A stretch of DNA of 64,000 nt, taken from assembly GCF_009914755.1 (NCBI RefSeq), contig NC_060947.1. The stretch is one strand, 5' to 3'. Position numbers and translations under genes: made by a program. Each line of letters begins with the position of its first letter. Position 1 is the first letter of the stretch. Shown here piece after piece: positions 43,838 through 58,197 of this stretch. The stretch is from the human T2T-CHM13v2.0 reference genome, Homo sapiens. The notes under the pieces were generated by a model. The model ran no database searches, was not told the origin of the DNA, and was given only the letters and a program-made list of their open reading frames with translations.

Positions 43838-45981
43838 CTTCTCATCTTTCTGTTGCAGGAGGTGGAACATTGATGTGGTACTGATCATTTTGTTCAGGAC
43901 TCAATTAGTAGGAATTCTTCCCCCAAACTGTCAGTGGGTTGTCTTTCTTAATTTTCACTGCTGCTTTGTGTTTTCATCTTTCTATGTGACTTCATTGGTG
44001 TTTTAGGAAGAAGCTGTGCAAGGCTGCATTGGCGATGTTAGCCTGAAGTCTTTGTAAAACTTTGAACATACAGGAAAAATTGTTTCTGCTGATCTACAAT
44101 TCAGTTGTCATATACACGATGATATCTTAAGTGGACATTTTTTTCTTTTATATTATTTCACAGAGATCTGTAATTCCTCTCACTTGAAGGTCACTTTAGT
44201 AAGTTGAGTGTGGCTTCCTGACATATTGGGGAAATTTGTTTTGTTTTGTTTTGTTTGTATTTATCCCAGATCTCTGAACCAGAGCACATGTAACCCACCC
44301 TAAGATGCAAAACAAAGCAATGTAACAGGTAGGGACTGAGCTCTGGGTGCAGCAAGTTTATTGTTTCCAAAGATCACCTCTGATGGCAGAGGCTACTTTG
44401 GTTTTAGTTTCCTGAATCATGATTCTGAGGCCTTTTCAGAAAAGGGAAAACTATTCTGAGTCAATATAGAAAGTTCTAGAATCAATGCTGCCTTCTTGGT
44501 TTCCAGGAACTTCAGTCACCTTGTAGTTGTTAGTGTGCTTGGGGTGAAATCACCCTAAAAGTTTGATTTTTGTCTATATTGAAATTAAGGTCAGCACAAG
44601 AAAAAAGTAACTGTACATAAATCCCACTTCTTATGTATATGTTGGTAAAACTATTCTTTAAAATTTTTCTGCCAGAGCTGCATTAAAATGTATGAACAGA
44701 TACATCTAGTTGCATGAACGTTTTATGCAGATTGGGAAATTAGGCTGTCTTAGAAGTTCACTGCAATTTTCTCCTAATATAATTTTTTTGACACCTCAAA
44801 ATAAAACTTCTTTTTAATTGTGTACTTGTTTTTAGTGCCTTATGTGGGTTACCTTGCATATGTATAATTAAGTTTTATAGATTTATATTTAAAATTGAGA
44901 GAGTTTTGGAATTTGAAAATTATCATTCAAAAATAATGATGTAACTGTAGAGTCAGGTCATGTTTCAGTTTTGTGCTGTCCTTAAGACAGTGTGATTAGT
45001 AATAGTTTTGAATTCTTCTTGCCGAAATTGACAAACCTGAAACATTGTAAAAACTAGTATCGCATTTTTTTTAGATTGAAGAAAACTTGGATATTATCTA
45101 AACATAAATCTTCATTTTATAAGACAGAAGGCTGAGAGCCATTAAGAATAAATATATAGCCTAGGATCATACGCCAGTGTTAAAATCACGCTTTACTGTG
45201 CCTTTATGAGATAATCAACTGTACACCACATGACCTGCAGAGGACACCATTGCAGGTATACCCTATAATAACAAAATTGTGTACTTATTTGTCAAACAAC
45301 TATTTCCTTTCTATGAAGAGAAAGGAATCAGAACATCTATTGCTCCTGCTATCCCTTTAGCTACTTAAATTTAGTTCAGATTTTTTTCAAAAGCCTATTT
45401 GACAATTGCACAAAATCACAACCATTAGGGATGAGTCATTCTACACTCAAGCAAATTTTTATTGAGATTAATTTATGCTAATCAAGGATAATGGGCTGAC
45501 CATGAGCAACAATATTAGCTAAGGTAAATACCTGTTCAAGTTATAACAGTGATGGCGCTCTTAGGAATAAGCCAGTTTGTAATGAAATAGACCTCTTCCA
45601 CATCTGAGCTACAGCTGTAGACCTGTCAATCCTTCAAACTCCCTGAGGCCTATGCTTCCTAAACTTTAATGGTAGCTAGCAGAAACTAAAAACGAATTCA
45701 TAATGTTTTTCACAAAAGTCCTTCTGGCATTTAGTGTCTTATTAGGCGCCTGAGCAGCAGATAAATATCAGCTTCATGAAATTTGACTGTTTGGCTCTGT
45801 CTCTAATGGAGATGAAACTAAAGAAAAAGACCATTGATTTCTGACATTATCATGATTTTCTGCAAAATTATGTGAATATATTGTCATTCTGGTATGGACC
45901 ACTCTAGCTGTTTTTTGGTGGGCTTTTAGATAATAGTTACTAATAGAGTTCCTGGATAATGCAATGGTTGTCTAGTGATGA

Positions 45982-46308
<327 letters not shown>

Positions 46309-46539
46309 AATGCTTGCAATTCTACAAGCACCGCCAACCCCATATCCTCCCCCATCTCTCCCACAGGAAGTGATCTCAACCTAAAAATGCAACAGTGACT
46401 TCAATCCAATATATAATTCCATCTAATTTCTTCTTAAATACATCTGTGCATAGTAGAAATTGTTAAGAGGCCAGTTTGGATTAATGAAAAATTGATATTT
46501 CTGAACGCTTTAGATAAAGAGTAATACAACATTTGGCAT

Positions 46540-46770
46540 GTGGAGTGCCTTTATGCTTCCAAAAGGATTTCAAATCCATTGTTTCATTTGATGCTCAAAA
46601 CAGCACTCCGAAGTTCATGGCACAGGTACTAGCATTCTCATTTTACATCTGAGGAAACTGAGAGGCAGAGTGGTTGAATGATTTTCCCCAGCTTACTCAT
46701 AGAGTAAGTCTTACAGTAGAGACAAGTACCTATATACCTTGACTCCTATCTAAATGGCTTTTCTTCTACA
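46540..46770 (-). mobile_element. MIR
   Basis: ctcattttacatctgaggaaactgagaggcagag core. Confidence 0.72.
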
Positions 46771-47404
46771 AACAGCTGAAACATTTCCCTTTATAAACTG
46801 CCATCATTGATATTGTTATTAGCTTATTTACATTAATAAATTTAACAATACTATTTGTTATAAATGAACTTCACCATAACATAACTAAATGAGCATTTCT
46901 AAAGTGTTTGAAAAGAGTTAATAAAAATCACGTTATTACAAAATTATTGCAGAGATACTCAGAAGTTTGCATAGAAAAGGCAAGAAATCAGAGAATTCTA
47001 GATAATATACAAAATGCTAGCATACAGCCCATCATTTTCTGATCAAAAATTGACCTTTTAAAATTAACAGAATGAGGTTAGCAGGGTTACCATTGCCATT
47101 TTAGCATATTTGAGTTGGTGTTTCTAGTGGTGAGTACAAAGTCCATGAAAGTTGAAGAATAAGACATTTTCACTCTTTTGTATGTCATCATGTGTCCCCT
47201 TTGCCTCTATCTCACTTAATTGTAAGTCCTGTACCCAGCAAGTTGGCTCTACCAGGAAGTTTTCTGTTCTTATACTTTAAACTCCAAGGAAACATAGCTT
47301 ATTCACTGCTAGTGGCACTGAGGCTATAACGGCCTCTTGTCTTTTTCTCTTATGTATTAGTCATATCTCTCATTCCTCACATTTATCATGCTGCCCTTCA
47401 ATAC

Positions 47405-47620
47405 AGGAGGCAGTATAGTGAACTCGTTAAAAAAAAAAAAATCATAGATTTAGAAGTCAGACCAAGTGAGGCTTGATCTTATCACTTACTGCCCTACCCA
47501 CTTTGTAGCCATGTGACTGCCTACCCAGGGTTGGGTTGTTGATTCCTCATCTGTAAAATGGTGTTCATGCATTAATCTGCAAGTGGTTGGATAATGTTTG
47601 TACATAGAACGTATGTAGCT
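47405..47620 (+). mobile_element. MIR
   Basis: gaggcagtatagtg...tagaagtcagacc...ttcctcatctgtaaaatgg. Confidence 0.65.
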
Positions 47621-47734
47621 GAAACAATGCAGGGATTAACACTAAAAGTGGTTCAATTGATTGTTAAACCAGATTGGTTTGAGGAGTCGCTGTGTCATTT
47701 AACATGGTTGTTACAGCTCTTGAATTATGGATAT

Positions 47735-47790
47735 GTAGGTAGGTAGGTAGATAGATAGACAGACAGACAGACAGATAGACAGATAGATAA
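47735..47790. repeat. (TAGG)n(TAGA)n(CAGA)n tetranucleotide microsatellite
   Basis: Directly visible. Confidence 0.92.
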
Positions 47791-47949
47791 ACTGATACAG
47801 ATATTGATAGGTAACTTTCAGATTCTTCCAGGGCTAATTGATTATGCTACTACCTAACTATAAATGTATTCTTCTATATACGTGTATTTGTCACATTGTT
47901 TCTGCAGTTCTTTCAACCAGAATTCTTCTTCTGGGGCCCTATTTTTAGA

Positions 47950-48472
47950 ATATTTATGTTGCAAGTAATAGAATATCTAACTAATAAATGACTTTTAAAA
48001 CAGGGATTTATTATCTCACTTAATAAAAGCTCCATAACTGGGCTTTTCCTGGGTCTATAATGGCAAGACTCTCAGTTGGTTTCTCTGAAATTATTTTAGC
48101 TTTCCCATCAGGGTTGCGAGATGGCTGCCAAAATATCACATTGTCAGAGAACCCATCAAAGAGTGGAAGAAAGATACTTTCCTGCTGCATCCTCTGCTAT
48201 TCAACAGGAAGGAAACCTTTCACAGAAGCCTTCCCCCCTCACCCCCATGAAATAATTCCTCTTACATATTTTTAAACAAACTTGGTCACATGCTCATCCC
48301 TAAACAGATCACTGGCAAGAGGGCAATGGGGTTACCATGTTTGGTTTGGACTGGAGAGATATCCACCTTCCCTGAGCTTGTCGCTGCTTATACTGAACAA
48401 AATCAGTATTCTGTTAGGAAGGTATCAGGGGGCATGGCTGTTGGATGAACAATAACCAGCAGTGCCTGCCAT
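47950..48472. mobile_element. MLT1J/K-like LTR
   Basis: gttgcaagtaatagaa, ggtcacatgctcatccctaaacagatcactggcaag, cagtgcctgccata end. Confidence 0.65.
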
Positions 48473-48759
48473 AAGGATGCAGAGACTGTTATCAGGCAAT
48501 AGATTTCTATCTAATGTAACTAAAACAAAGCTCAAGCCTCCTCTTGACCTGAAACTAAACTAAACTAAAATAAAATAAAAAGCCAAAGTGATTTACTAAA
48601 AGCAATATTATGATGTTAATTATGGGACACTGCTCTGTGCTTCTTTTTTTCTTTCTCTTTTGATATAGAAGTGAAATTTGTTATTCAAAAACATATAGGC
48701 TGAAATTGGAACATAGGCTGAAACTGGAGTGGAGAAGAATAATTTGTACATGAACAATT

Positions 48760-49550
48760 CACAGAGTTTTTCAAGGTTGGAAGGAACATTAGAAAATATC
48801 TATACTTATGTCTCAAAATCCTCCATCCATTGTTTCAGTTTGCAAAAGAGAAACTATGTCAAATAATTGTTCCCCTTCACTTGAATACTTTTGATGATGG
48901 GCATCTCATTATGTCATGAGCCAGTCCAGTCTCTTTTTTGAACATTCTAACTATTACAAATTTCAACTTATAGTGACACAAAATCTATCTTCTTCATTCA
49001 TTACAGTGCTTAAATCTAGTGCCACACAGAACTGATCCAATCTCTCTTTAAAATTCTTTAAATTTAGAAGAAATTGCTCAGTCTTGTTTCCATATAATAA
49101 CCCTGAAAATAGTTGAAGGAACTTATGGTGCACCCTTTTGTCTCCCCTAAAGTTATTTGTCTCTTGATCCTGTATGGTTTCATCCCACGTCCATCCTGGT
49201 CCTTTGCTTGCAGTCTCTGCTCATCTTAAAAGTGGCACCTAGAAAACAGTAAAGTCCTCCTGAGTGGATTGACAAGTGCAGAGTAGAGGGTAACACATCT
49301 CCATCATTCAAAATGCTAAATATCTGTTAAAGCAGTCTACTTGTGCACTATTTTTATAATGATATTTAAACGATGGACTCATACTGAACTAAGTCTTTTT
49401 TAAAATCATGATTTAATGTTAAGCCTCAGCACCTATATCTTGTAAAGATATTGTTTTTATCATTTGAGGAATTTTTAGGGGAGGGATGGAATTTGAGTAA
49501 AGGATGTTAAATTGATTTCTCTTAAATTTCATCATATTAGGTTAAGGTGT
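48760..49550 (-). mobile_element. CR1/L3 (MIR3-like head) fragment
   Basis: aggttggaaggaacattaga, cacttgaatacttttgatgatgggcatctcatt, tcttaaaagtggcacctagaa. Confidence 0.5.
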
Positions 49551-49654
49551 TTCTTTTTCAAAAAAAATCTTATGCTCTTAATTTTTTTAACATACATCTG
49601 AGTTTTGGTAACTGCTAAAGTTCTATAAAAAAAAGGGGGGGCTTACAGAATTTC

Positions 49655-49870
49655 TTTAGATTGCTGCTCTCAATCCTGACTACAAAACAGTATCACCTGG
49701 GAGACTGAAAAAAAGTCAAATCAAATATCACAGACAAAAACTCTAATATTTAGGCTCAACCCTAAACCAATTTAATCAGAAACTCTGGAGATTGGCTTTG
49801 GCATTACTATTTTTTTTTTAAAACTCCTCATATAATTCTTATGAGCAGCCAGGATTGAAATTAACTGTGC
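49655..49870. mobile_element. MER5-type hAT-Charlie element
   Basis: aatcagaaactctggag, aactcctcatataattcttatgagcagccaggattgaaa. Confidence 0.6.
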
Positions 49871-50609
49871 TGTATTGACCCAAGGCAATTCTAGATAGCT
49901 GATGAAATGGTCCTTCAATTCAAAAATTATAGCTCTATATCATAGAGACAAGATAGACCTCTCAAGTTCAGATGTCTTTCCAAATGTTTATGTATTTCAG
50001 ACACAAATTAGAAATTCCTAACATTAATTTATATAATCCCTTTTCTACCCTAATACAATTATTATTAACATTTTTGTATGGTTTCTCACAGTATCCGATG
50101 TATCTTTTTTTTAACAGTTTTAACCATATTAATAGTAACCCAAAATATTTTAGATGCTGTTCTCTATTCTTTATAGTTATCATTTTAATGAATGTGTACT
50201 TTTCCAGTGAAAGAACATAATATACTTTCTTCCCACTTCCCTATTATGAGACATTTAGGATGGTTGTTTTAGACAATGCTGCACCAAACACTCTCATTGA
50301 TATAATGTTTACTGTATTTTGATTTTGAATAATTTCCTAAGCATAAGTCCCAGAAGTAGAATTAATTAAGGGTATTAATATTTTATTGTATATTTTTAAA
50401 TTGCTTTCTAAGGGGTCTGTAAAATTGCCATAAAATTTTATACATATAAGGATACTGGTGCTGCCTGATTGTGCCTGCATTAGGATGTGTCATTGAAGTT
50501 TTTACAACTTATACAAAAAAAAGACCTTATATTGCTTTTAAAAAAGAAATCCCCTCCCTAGATTATCAGCAGAGTTAAATGCGTGCCTGCTTGTAAATAT
50601 TTCCTTCTT

Positions 50610-52950
50610 GCTCAGGGTGGCTTTGGCTGTGTCTTTTGTGGTTTCCTGTAAATTTGAGGATTGTTTTTTCTATTTCTGTGAAGAATGTCAGTACCGTTTT
50701 GATATAGATGGCATTGAATCTATAAATTGCATTGAATCTATATTCTTCGGGTACTACGAACATTTTAACAATATTGATTTTCCAATCAATAAACATGGAA
50801 TATTTTTCCATTTTTGTATGTCCTCTTCAATTTCTTTCATCAATGTTTTATAGTTTTCAATGTAGCTATCTTTCTTTGATTAAGTTTATTCTTCAGTAAT
50901 TTATTTCATTTGTAGCTATTGTAAATGAGATTAATTTCTTCATTTCTTTTTCAGATTGTTCACTGTTGGCATACAGAAAAGGTACTAATTTTTTATGTTG
51001 ATTTTGTATCCTGCAACTTACTGAATTTATTCGTTCTCATAGTGTTTTTGTGGAGTCCTTAAATATTTCTAAATATAATATCATATCATCTCCAAATAAC
51101 AATACTTTGACTCTTCCTTTCCAATTTGCATACTCCTTATTTCTTTCTCTTTAATTACGCTGGCTAGGACTTCTAATACTATACTGAATAAAAGTGGTGA
51201 AAGTGGGCATCCTTGTATTGTTCCAGGTCTTAAAGGAAAGTCTTACAGTTTTTCCCCAATCAGCATGATACTAGCTGTGTTTTTGTTGTATATGGCTTTT
51301 ATCATGTTGAGGTAAGTTCCTTCTACATGCAGTTTTTTGAGGGATGTTGAATTTTCTATATGAAGGGATGTTGAATTTTATCAAGTGCTTTTTTCTACCT
51401 CAATTGAAATGATCATATGATTTTTGTCCTTCGTTCTGTTGATATGATGTATCACATTTACTGATTTGCATATGTTGAACCATCCTTGCATCCCTGGGAT
51501 AAATCCCACTTGATCATAATGAATGATCTTTTTAATATGTTGTTGAATTTGATTTGCAAGTTTCTTGTTGAGGATTTTTGTACCTACGTTAATCCGAGTT
51601 AGTGCCCTATAGTATTCCTTTTCTGTTGTGTCTTTGTCTGGTTTTGTTATCGGGGTAAAACTGATCACATAGAATGAGTTTGGAAGTATTCCTTTCTCGA
51701 TTTTTTGGAATTGTTTGAGTAAGATTGGTATTGATTCTTCTTTAAATGTTTGGTAGAATTCTGCAATAAAGGCATCAGGTCCTGGGATTTTCTATTATGA
51801 GAGACTTTTTATTACTGCTTTTATCCTATTACTTGATCTTGGTTTATTCAGGTCTTGGATTTCTTCATGGTTAATTCTTGGTAGGTTGTGTGTGTCTACG
51901 AATTTACTCATTTGACGTAGGTTTTCCAATTTATTGGCATATAGTTGCTCATAATAGTCATTAATAATCCTTTGAATTTCTTTAGTATCTGTTGTAATGT
52001 CTTTTTCATCTCTGATTTCATCTGTGTCTTCTTTATTTTTATTAGTCTGGCTAAAGACTTGTCAATTTTGTTTATCTTTTCAGAAAAACAACTTTACATT
52101 TAATTGACATTTTGGATGTTTTTAGTTTCAAATTTATTTATTTCTGTTCCTATCTTTATTATTTTTTTTCTTCTACTAATTTTGGGTTTAGTAATTTTGG
52201 GCTTGCTTTTATTATTTCTTTTCTTCTACTAATCTTGGGTTTAGTAATCTTGGGCTTGCTCTTGATTTTCTAGTTCTTTAAGACACATTGTTTGATTGTG
52301 TATTTGAAGTTTTTCTACTTTTCTGATATAGGTGTTTATTCCTACAAACTTCCCTCTTAGTACTGCTTTTGTTGTATACCATAGGTTTTGGTATATTGTG
52401 TTTCCATTTTCATTTGTTTCAAGAAAAGTTTTAATTTCCTTCTGATTTTTAAAATGACCCTCTGGTTGTTCAGAAGCATATTGTTTAATTTTAATGTATT
52501 TGTAGAGTTACCAAAGTTCCTCTTGTTATTGATTTCTAGTCTTATTCCATTGTGGTCAGAAAAGATAAAAGATTCTTGATATGGTTTTAATTTTTTGAAT
52601 TTGTTGAGATGAGTTTTGTTGCCTAACATATGGTCTCTCCCTGAGAATCTTCTACACACTGAGGAGAAGAATGTGTATTCTGCAGCTGTGAAGCAAAATG
52701 TTCTATAAATGTCTATTAGGTCCATTTAGTCTATAATGCAAATTACATCTGATATTTCTTTGTTGATTTTTGTCTAGGTGATCTGCCCAATGCTGAAAGT
52801 CCTCAGTTATTATTGTATTAGGATCTTTCTCCCTCTAATTATAATTTGCTTTATATATCTGGGTAATCCAATGTTGAGTGCCTATATATTTACCATTATT
52901 ATATTCTCTTGCTAAATTAACCCATTTATCACTATATAATTACCTTTTTG
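50610..52950 (-). mobile_element. L1 (L1MA/L1PB-type) ORF2, endonuclease and RT regions
   Basis: Minus ORFs: MDLIDIYRTF...FSDHNGIRLEIN (endonuclease); [25 protein letters not shown] (RT). Confidence 0.92.
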
Positions 52951-52989
52951 GCAGGTTATATTACCTATAAGCTTTATTTTAAGTTAACA

Positions 52990-53977
52990 CAGGGCAGTTA
53001 CAAATCAATAAGAAAAGGAACATTTGATTTAATAGGATCGAGACCCACTGTTCCATATATTAATTTATTTGTGATTTTGACATTGAAAATGATCTTACCC
53101 TCATCATTCTTTGTCTATATTATATTTTAATGAACAGAGCCTTAGATTTTGATATGATCAAATATAGCTTTTTCCATTATATTTTGTGTTTGTTTCATCT
53201 TTCTAAAAAATATTCTGAAAACCCAACATTAATGGATTTTATCTCATATTTTCTTCTAAGAAAGTTACAGCTTTGCATTTCATCTGGAGTTAATTTTTTT
53301 GCACATTGTGAAAAGTACAGGTCTTAGTTCACCTTCTCAGTGTGGTAAAAGTTTTTCCAATTCTATTCATTAAATAACCTATCCTTGATTTGTGATACAA
53401 CCTTGTAATATGTTTTAAAACTTGGTAGGGCAAGACCCTTTCTTAGTCTTCTCTTTTAGAATTGTCTCTGCTATCTGTAAACATTTACTTCTTTCTAAAA
53501 ATTGTAGAATCTGTTTGCCTGATTACTGCTAAACTAGTGCTGCATTTTGTTATAATTTCATTAAACCTGTAGATTATTTTGGGTAGAAATGCATGAAACA
53601 ATATGGGATATAGTTCCATTTATTCAGGTATAAATTAAAGCTTTTTGTAAGCATTTACAAGTTCTTTATTATATTTTGTGGGGGTTTTGAATAAATTACA
53701 TTTTAGATAACTTATAGTGTTCTCTGCTATTGTAAATTTTATCTTATTTTCTATTTTAATTAGTTATTGATCTAGAGAAATGCTATTGATTTTTATGTTC
53801 ACTTGTGTTCAGCAACCTTTTTGAACTCTTCAACTAGTTCTAATAGTTTGGGGATTCTCTTCAACTTTCCGTGAAAATTATCATACCATCTGCAAATAAC
53901 AGCACTCTTTTCTCTTGTAGTATTAATACCTTTTATTTTCTTTACTTTTCTTATTGCATTGATCAGGACTTCTAATA
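52990..53977 (-). mobile_element. very old L1M fragments
   Basis: agaaatgctattgatttttatg, catctgcaaataac, ttattgcattgatcaggacttctaatac. Confidence 0.6.
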
Positions 53978-54640
53978 CAGTCTGTTCTGTTCTAACAGGG
54001 AATATGAATTCCTAAAAAGCACAATGATATACAAAATTATTCAATAAATATCACAGGGCTTGTGGACAAATGGGGTTAGGGTCACAACATTTGAAAACTT
54101 CATCAGGGACACATTTTAAAAAATAATTTTAAGAACTTAAAATAAATGGTATTACAGATTTTTACATGTTAAATGGTTAGGAAATATATGAATGCACCAA
54201 TAAATATGGCATTTTACCTTGAAAAAGATTTGAAGTAAGTTTGTGGACATGGGTAGTGGAAGTATTGCAGCTTGTGAGTTTTTGTGAAATGGTAGGAGGA
54301 TTATCTGAAATCAGGTAGAAAGTTGGAATGCCAGATGTGAGCAAGCGTGGCTCATAAGCACGGAGTAAACTGAGAGAGCTGGTGGATGTTGAAGTTTGTG
54401 AATGTGTTTGTGTGAGAGAGAGTGAGCACAAACACATGTTTTGTTTACTCCTCTTTGGTTCAGTTCAGCTGGGTATGGTTTCCTGTGTTTGCCTAGTGTT
54501 TCTCCTGGAAGAAATCATGCATAAGAAAACACAAAATGCATGTTACACTCAAATTGTTTTGATATATTAATCATGCTAGAAAAAAGTGTGTTTTCAAAAT
54601 ACACATTATATCAGAAACAACGTGCTATCATAAAACATAG
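53978..54640. mobile_element. TcMar-Tigger-type DNA transposon
   Basis: TA-flanked cagtctgttctgttctaac start; interrupts an L1M that resumes near 54640. Confidence 0.5.
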
Positions 54641-54707
54641 TAATGATAGTCAGCATCCTTGTTTAGTTTCTAACGTTACAGAAAATTTGTATGTGCTTTC
54701 TGTCTTA

Positions 54708-55016
<309 letters not shown>

Positions 55017-55379
55017 TGTGCTTGCTTTGGGTTTTTGGTATATATATTTTATGAAGTTAGAAATATTTCATTCTATTATTAATTTGGTAAATACTTTTAT
55101 CATGAAGAGAGACTCCTTTTGGTCTGTTAAAGTGGAAATTACATTGACAAAATTTTTCTGGCACTAAAGTATTCTTTTGTCCCAGAGGTAGATCCTATTT
55201 TGTCACAACATGTTATTTTTTCCTATACTTGAATACAGCTACCTAACACTATGTTAATAATTTTAATATCAACAGTCTTTGAATTTCTTAATTTTTTATA
55301 ATATGTTTAACTGGTTTTGGTATTAAGGCTATGAGAGTCTAATAATATTAGTTTCTCTGCAAAAATTTGTATCAGGTGG

Positions 55380-55734
55380 TGATATAGTTTGGCTGTGTCC
55401 CCACCCAAATCTCAGCTTGAATTTTATCTCCCAGAATTCCCATGTGTTGTGGGAGGGACTCAGGGAGAGGTAATTGAATAATGGGGGCCAGTTTTTCCTA
55501 TGCTATTCTCGTGATAGTGAATAAGTTTCATGAGATCTGATGGATTTATCAGGGGTTTCCACTTTTGCTTCTTCCTCATTTCTCTCTTGCTGCTGACATT
55601 TAAGAAATGCCTTTCACCCTTTGCCGTGATTGTGAGACCACCCCAGCCAAGTGGAACTGTAAGTCAAATTAAACCTCCTTTTCTTCTCAGTCTTGGTTAT
55701 GTCTTTATCAGCAGTGTAAAAATGGACTAATACA
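55380..55734 (+). mobile_element. THE1 (THE1A-like) solo LTR
   Basis: tgatatagtttggctgtgtccccacccaaatctc ... aatggactaataca; TSD ggtgg/gatgg. Confidence 0.92.
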
Positions 55735-55935
55735 GATGGGGTTGACTATTCTTGGAAAGTCAGTAAAAACCTAGCTATAAAAAAAATTTGGGTCTGGTGC
55801 TCATCTGAAGGGAAGCCTTTGCCTTATCATTTCATTTCTTTAATGTAATTAGTTTAATGAAGTTTTCAAATTGTTGTGACAGTTTTGGCATTTTGTTTTT
55901 CCGGATTGATTCAACTTGTGTAAGTTTTAAAATTT

Positions 55936-56349
55936 TTATATATTAGTGACTGTTTCTCCTAGTATGTATCCAATGAGTAGCTCTAATTTTCTTGATGCAA
56001 ATGTTCTGCTAGTGGTTTGAGGGTTTCGCATTTTAGTTTTATTGCTTTCAGATGTCTCTAGCTTCACAAAGTTATAAGCCCAGTTTGATAAGTGAAATTG
56101 TTTCAGAGCTGAATTCCCCAATACTGAAGAGATGGAATATTCATGGGTTCTTGAATGTTGGGAACATGTAGCATTCTTGCATACAAAATTAGGAGTTGGC
56201 AGTTGTTCTGATGGGGGTACTTGTGTAGATGCAAGGTACTGATCTCCGAGCATCACAGATTTTAAAGATATAGTGAACACCTCTGTGGTCAAATTCATCC
56301 CAGAGGTAGTTTAGGCTGTGATTAGGAAAACTGACAGATTTTGAGTGTA
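55936..56349 (-). other. candidate endogenous Mononegavirales (bornavirus-like) L polymerase fragment
   Basis: 120-aa non-repeat ORF plus an upstream in-frame extension through one stop. Motif order FTI...CKNATC...EYSI...LSNW...SRKLELLIGYILGE resembles the C-terminal capping-domain region of BoDV and VSV L as recalled; not database-verified. Confidence 0.5.
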
Positions 56350-56379
56350 TTATTATGGCTTCAATATCTTCTCAATAAC

Positions 56380-56637
56380 CACATTGGATTAAAATCCAGA
56401 AAGCTTTCCTGAGACCCATGCTGAGGGGAGCTCCACCTCTGAGCTTTCATAATTGCTGAGCCAGAAAAAAAGAATGTGATGGATTAGATACTGGTTCTTA
56501 AAGCTTTCCCTTGAAAATTACAAACATACTTTTCACTGACATTTAATTGACAAGGGGGAGAAAAGTGTCACCTACCTCCTCCCATATCTGGAAAGAGAAT
56601 CAGAAATATTTGGTGAATAGCAATAATGACTACCATA
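56380..56637. mobile_element. old MLT1-type LTR fragment
   Basis: ctttcactgacatttaattgacaag, gaaatatttggtgaatagcaataatgactaccata. Confidence 0.5.
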
Positions 56638-57859
56638 TTTGATGATGAATATGAGACAATATATGGCTTCAAGGAGCTCTAAGTTTATGACTTAGGCTCA
56701 TAAATACCTGCAAAATAAAGCATAATATAGTAAATCCCAAAAGAATGAAACAAAGTTTTGTGGGGCATTAGAGGAGGAGGAGATCTATTTGGCTATGGTG
56801 GTCTAAGAGCACACCATTTTCTTCTATGAAGGTACTGATCTTACTTCTAGTTTGTGAGACCAAACTAATCTTTATGGTAACCATGCCCACTATTATATGA
56901 AAACATTAGGCTTCAAATGCCTCACACAATGAATAAGCTCAATGATTTCCAGGTGTACTGCATTTAAAAGGTAAAAATAAATGTAAGATGGAGTTAGAAG
57001 ATCTATCAGTCACTGGGCTTGATCTCTGATTTAGTCTTGGAGAGAGAATAAATTTTAGGTTCGTGTTTGTAATTCAGTTCAACTGCTGCTATTGTGATTA
57101 TTCTGAGTTTCCATCATTTCAAACTTTCTTCCGAATATATAGAGTCATATCTGAAATGTTTCCCGCCAACACTGGCAAAGTAAAAGTGAACATCATAGTA
57201 AACTTTTCAGGGATGATAGTTAGGCCTTGGGCATCAAAACTGATAATATTTTGAAGCTTTCCATTTGCAGTACAATGTTCACTAAATTACCACTCAATTT
57301 CTTTTAATCATGCTCTGAGAACTTCTCAGTGGATTTGAATTGAGGCATGTTTTATTTATTCATTTAACAATGATGGTGCTATTAGAATGTCAATTCCAAG
57401 CCTCATTATATGTGGAACTTCCTAGATGGTTCTGCTTTTATTTGTGGATTTCTAATTCTCTCATTATTTTGTTACCCTTGAAAATGCTTAGCTTAGGACT
57501 CAGCCAATTCCTGTTCTCTAACTCTGATATACTTTGTCTGATGATGGCTTACTTCAAATTACCCTGGCCAGAAAAGAATGGGCCCAGGTTTCCATTGATC
57601 ATAGAATCTCAACCCCAGTCCCAGTGTTTGCCTCAATAGTGTGAGCTATAGTATGTCCCCCATGACACACTCAGATTCGTATTATTCTTGGTACTATTTG
57701 CCTGTGTATATGGTCCTCACAGATAGATCCTGCAAAGAAAACTTCCCGAGAATTTCTATAACTATTCTGTTTGGCTTTGGCAAAGTTTATATTTATCAGG
57801 TCTTTATGTAATTTAGGGAGAGGGATGAGATATTTAAAAGCTTAAATAAGCATTTTTGA

Positions 57860-58197
<338 letters not shown>

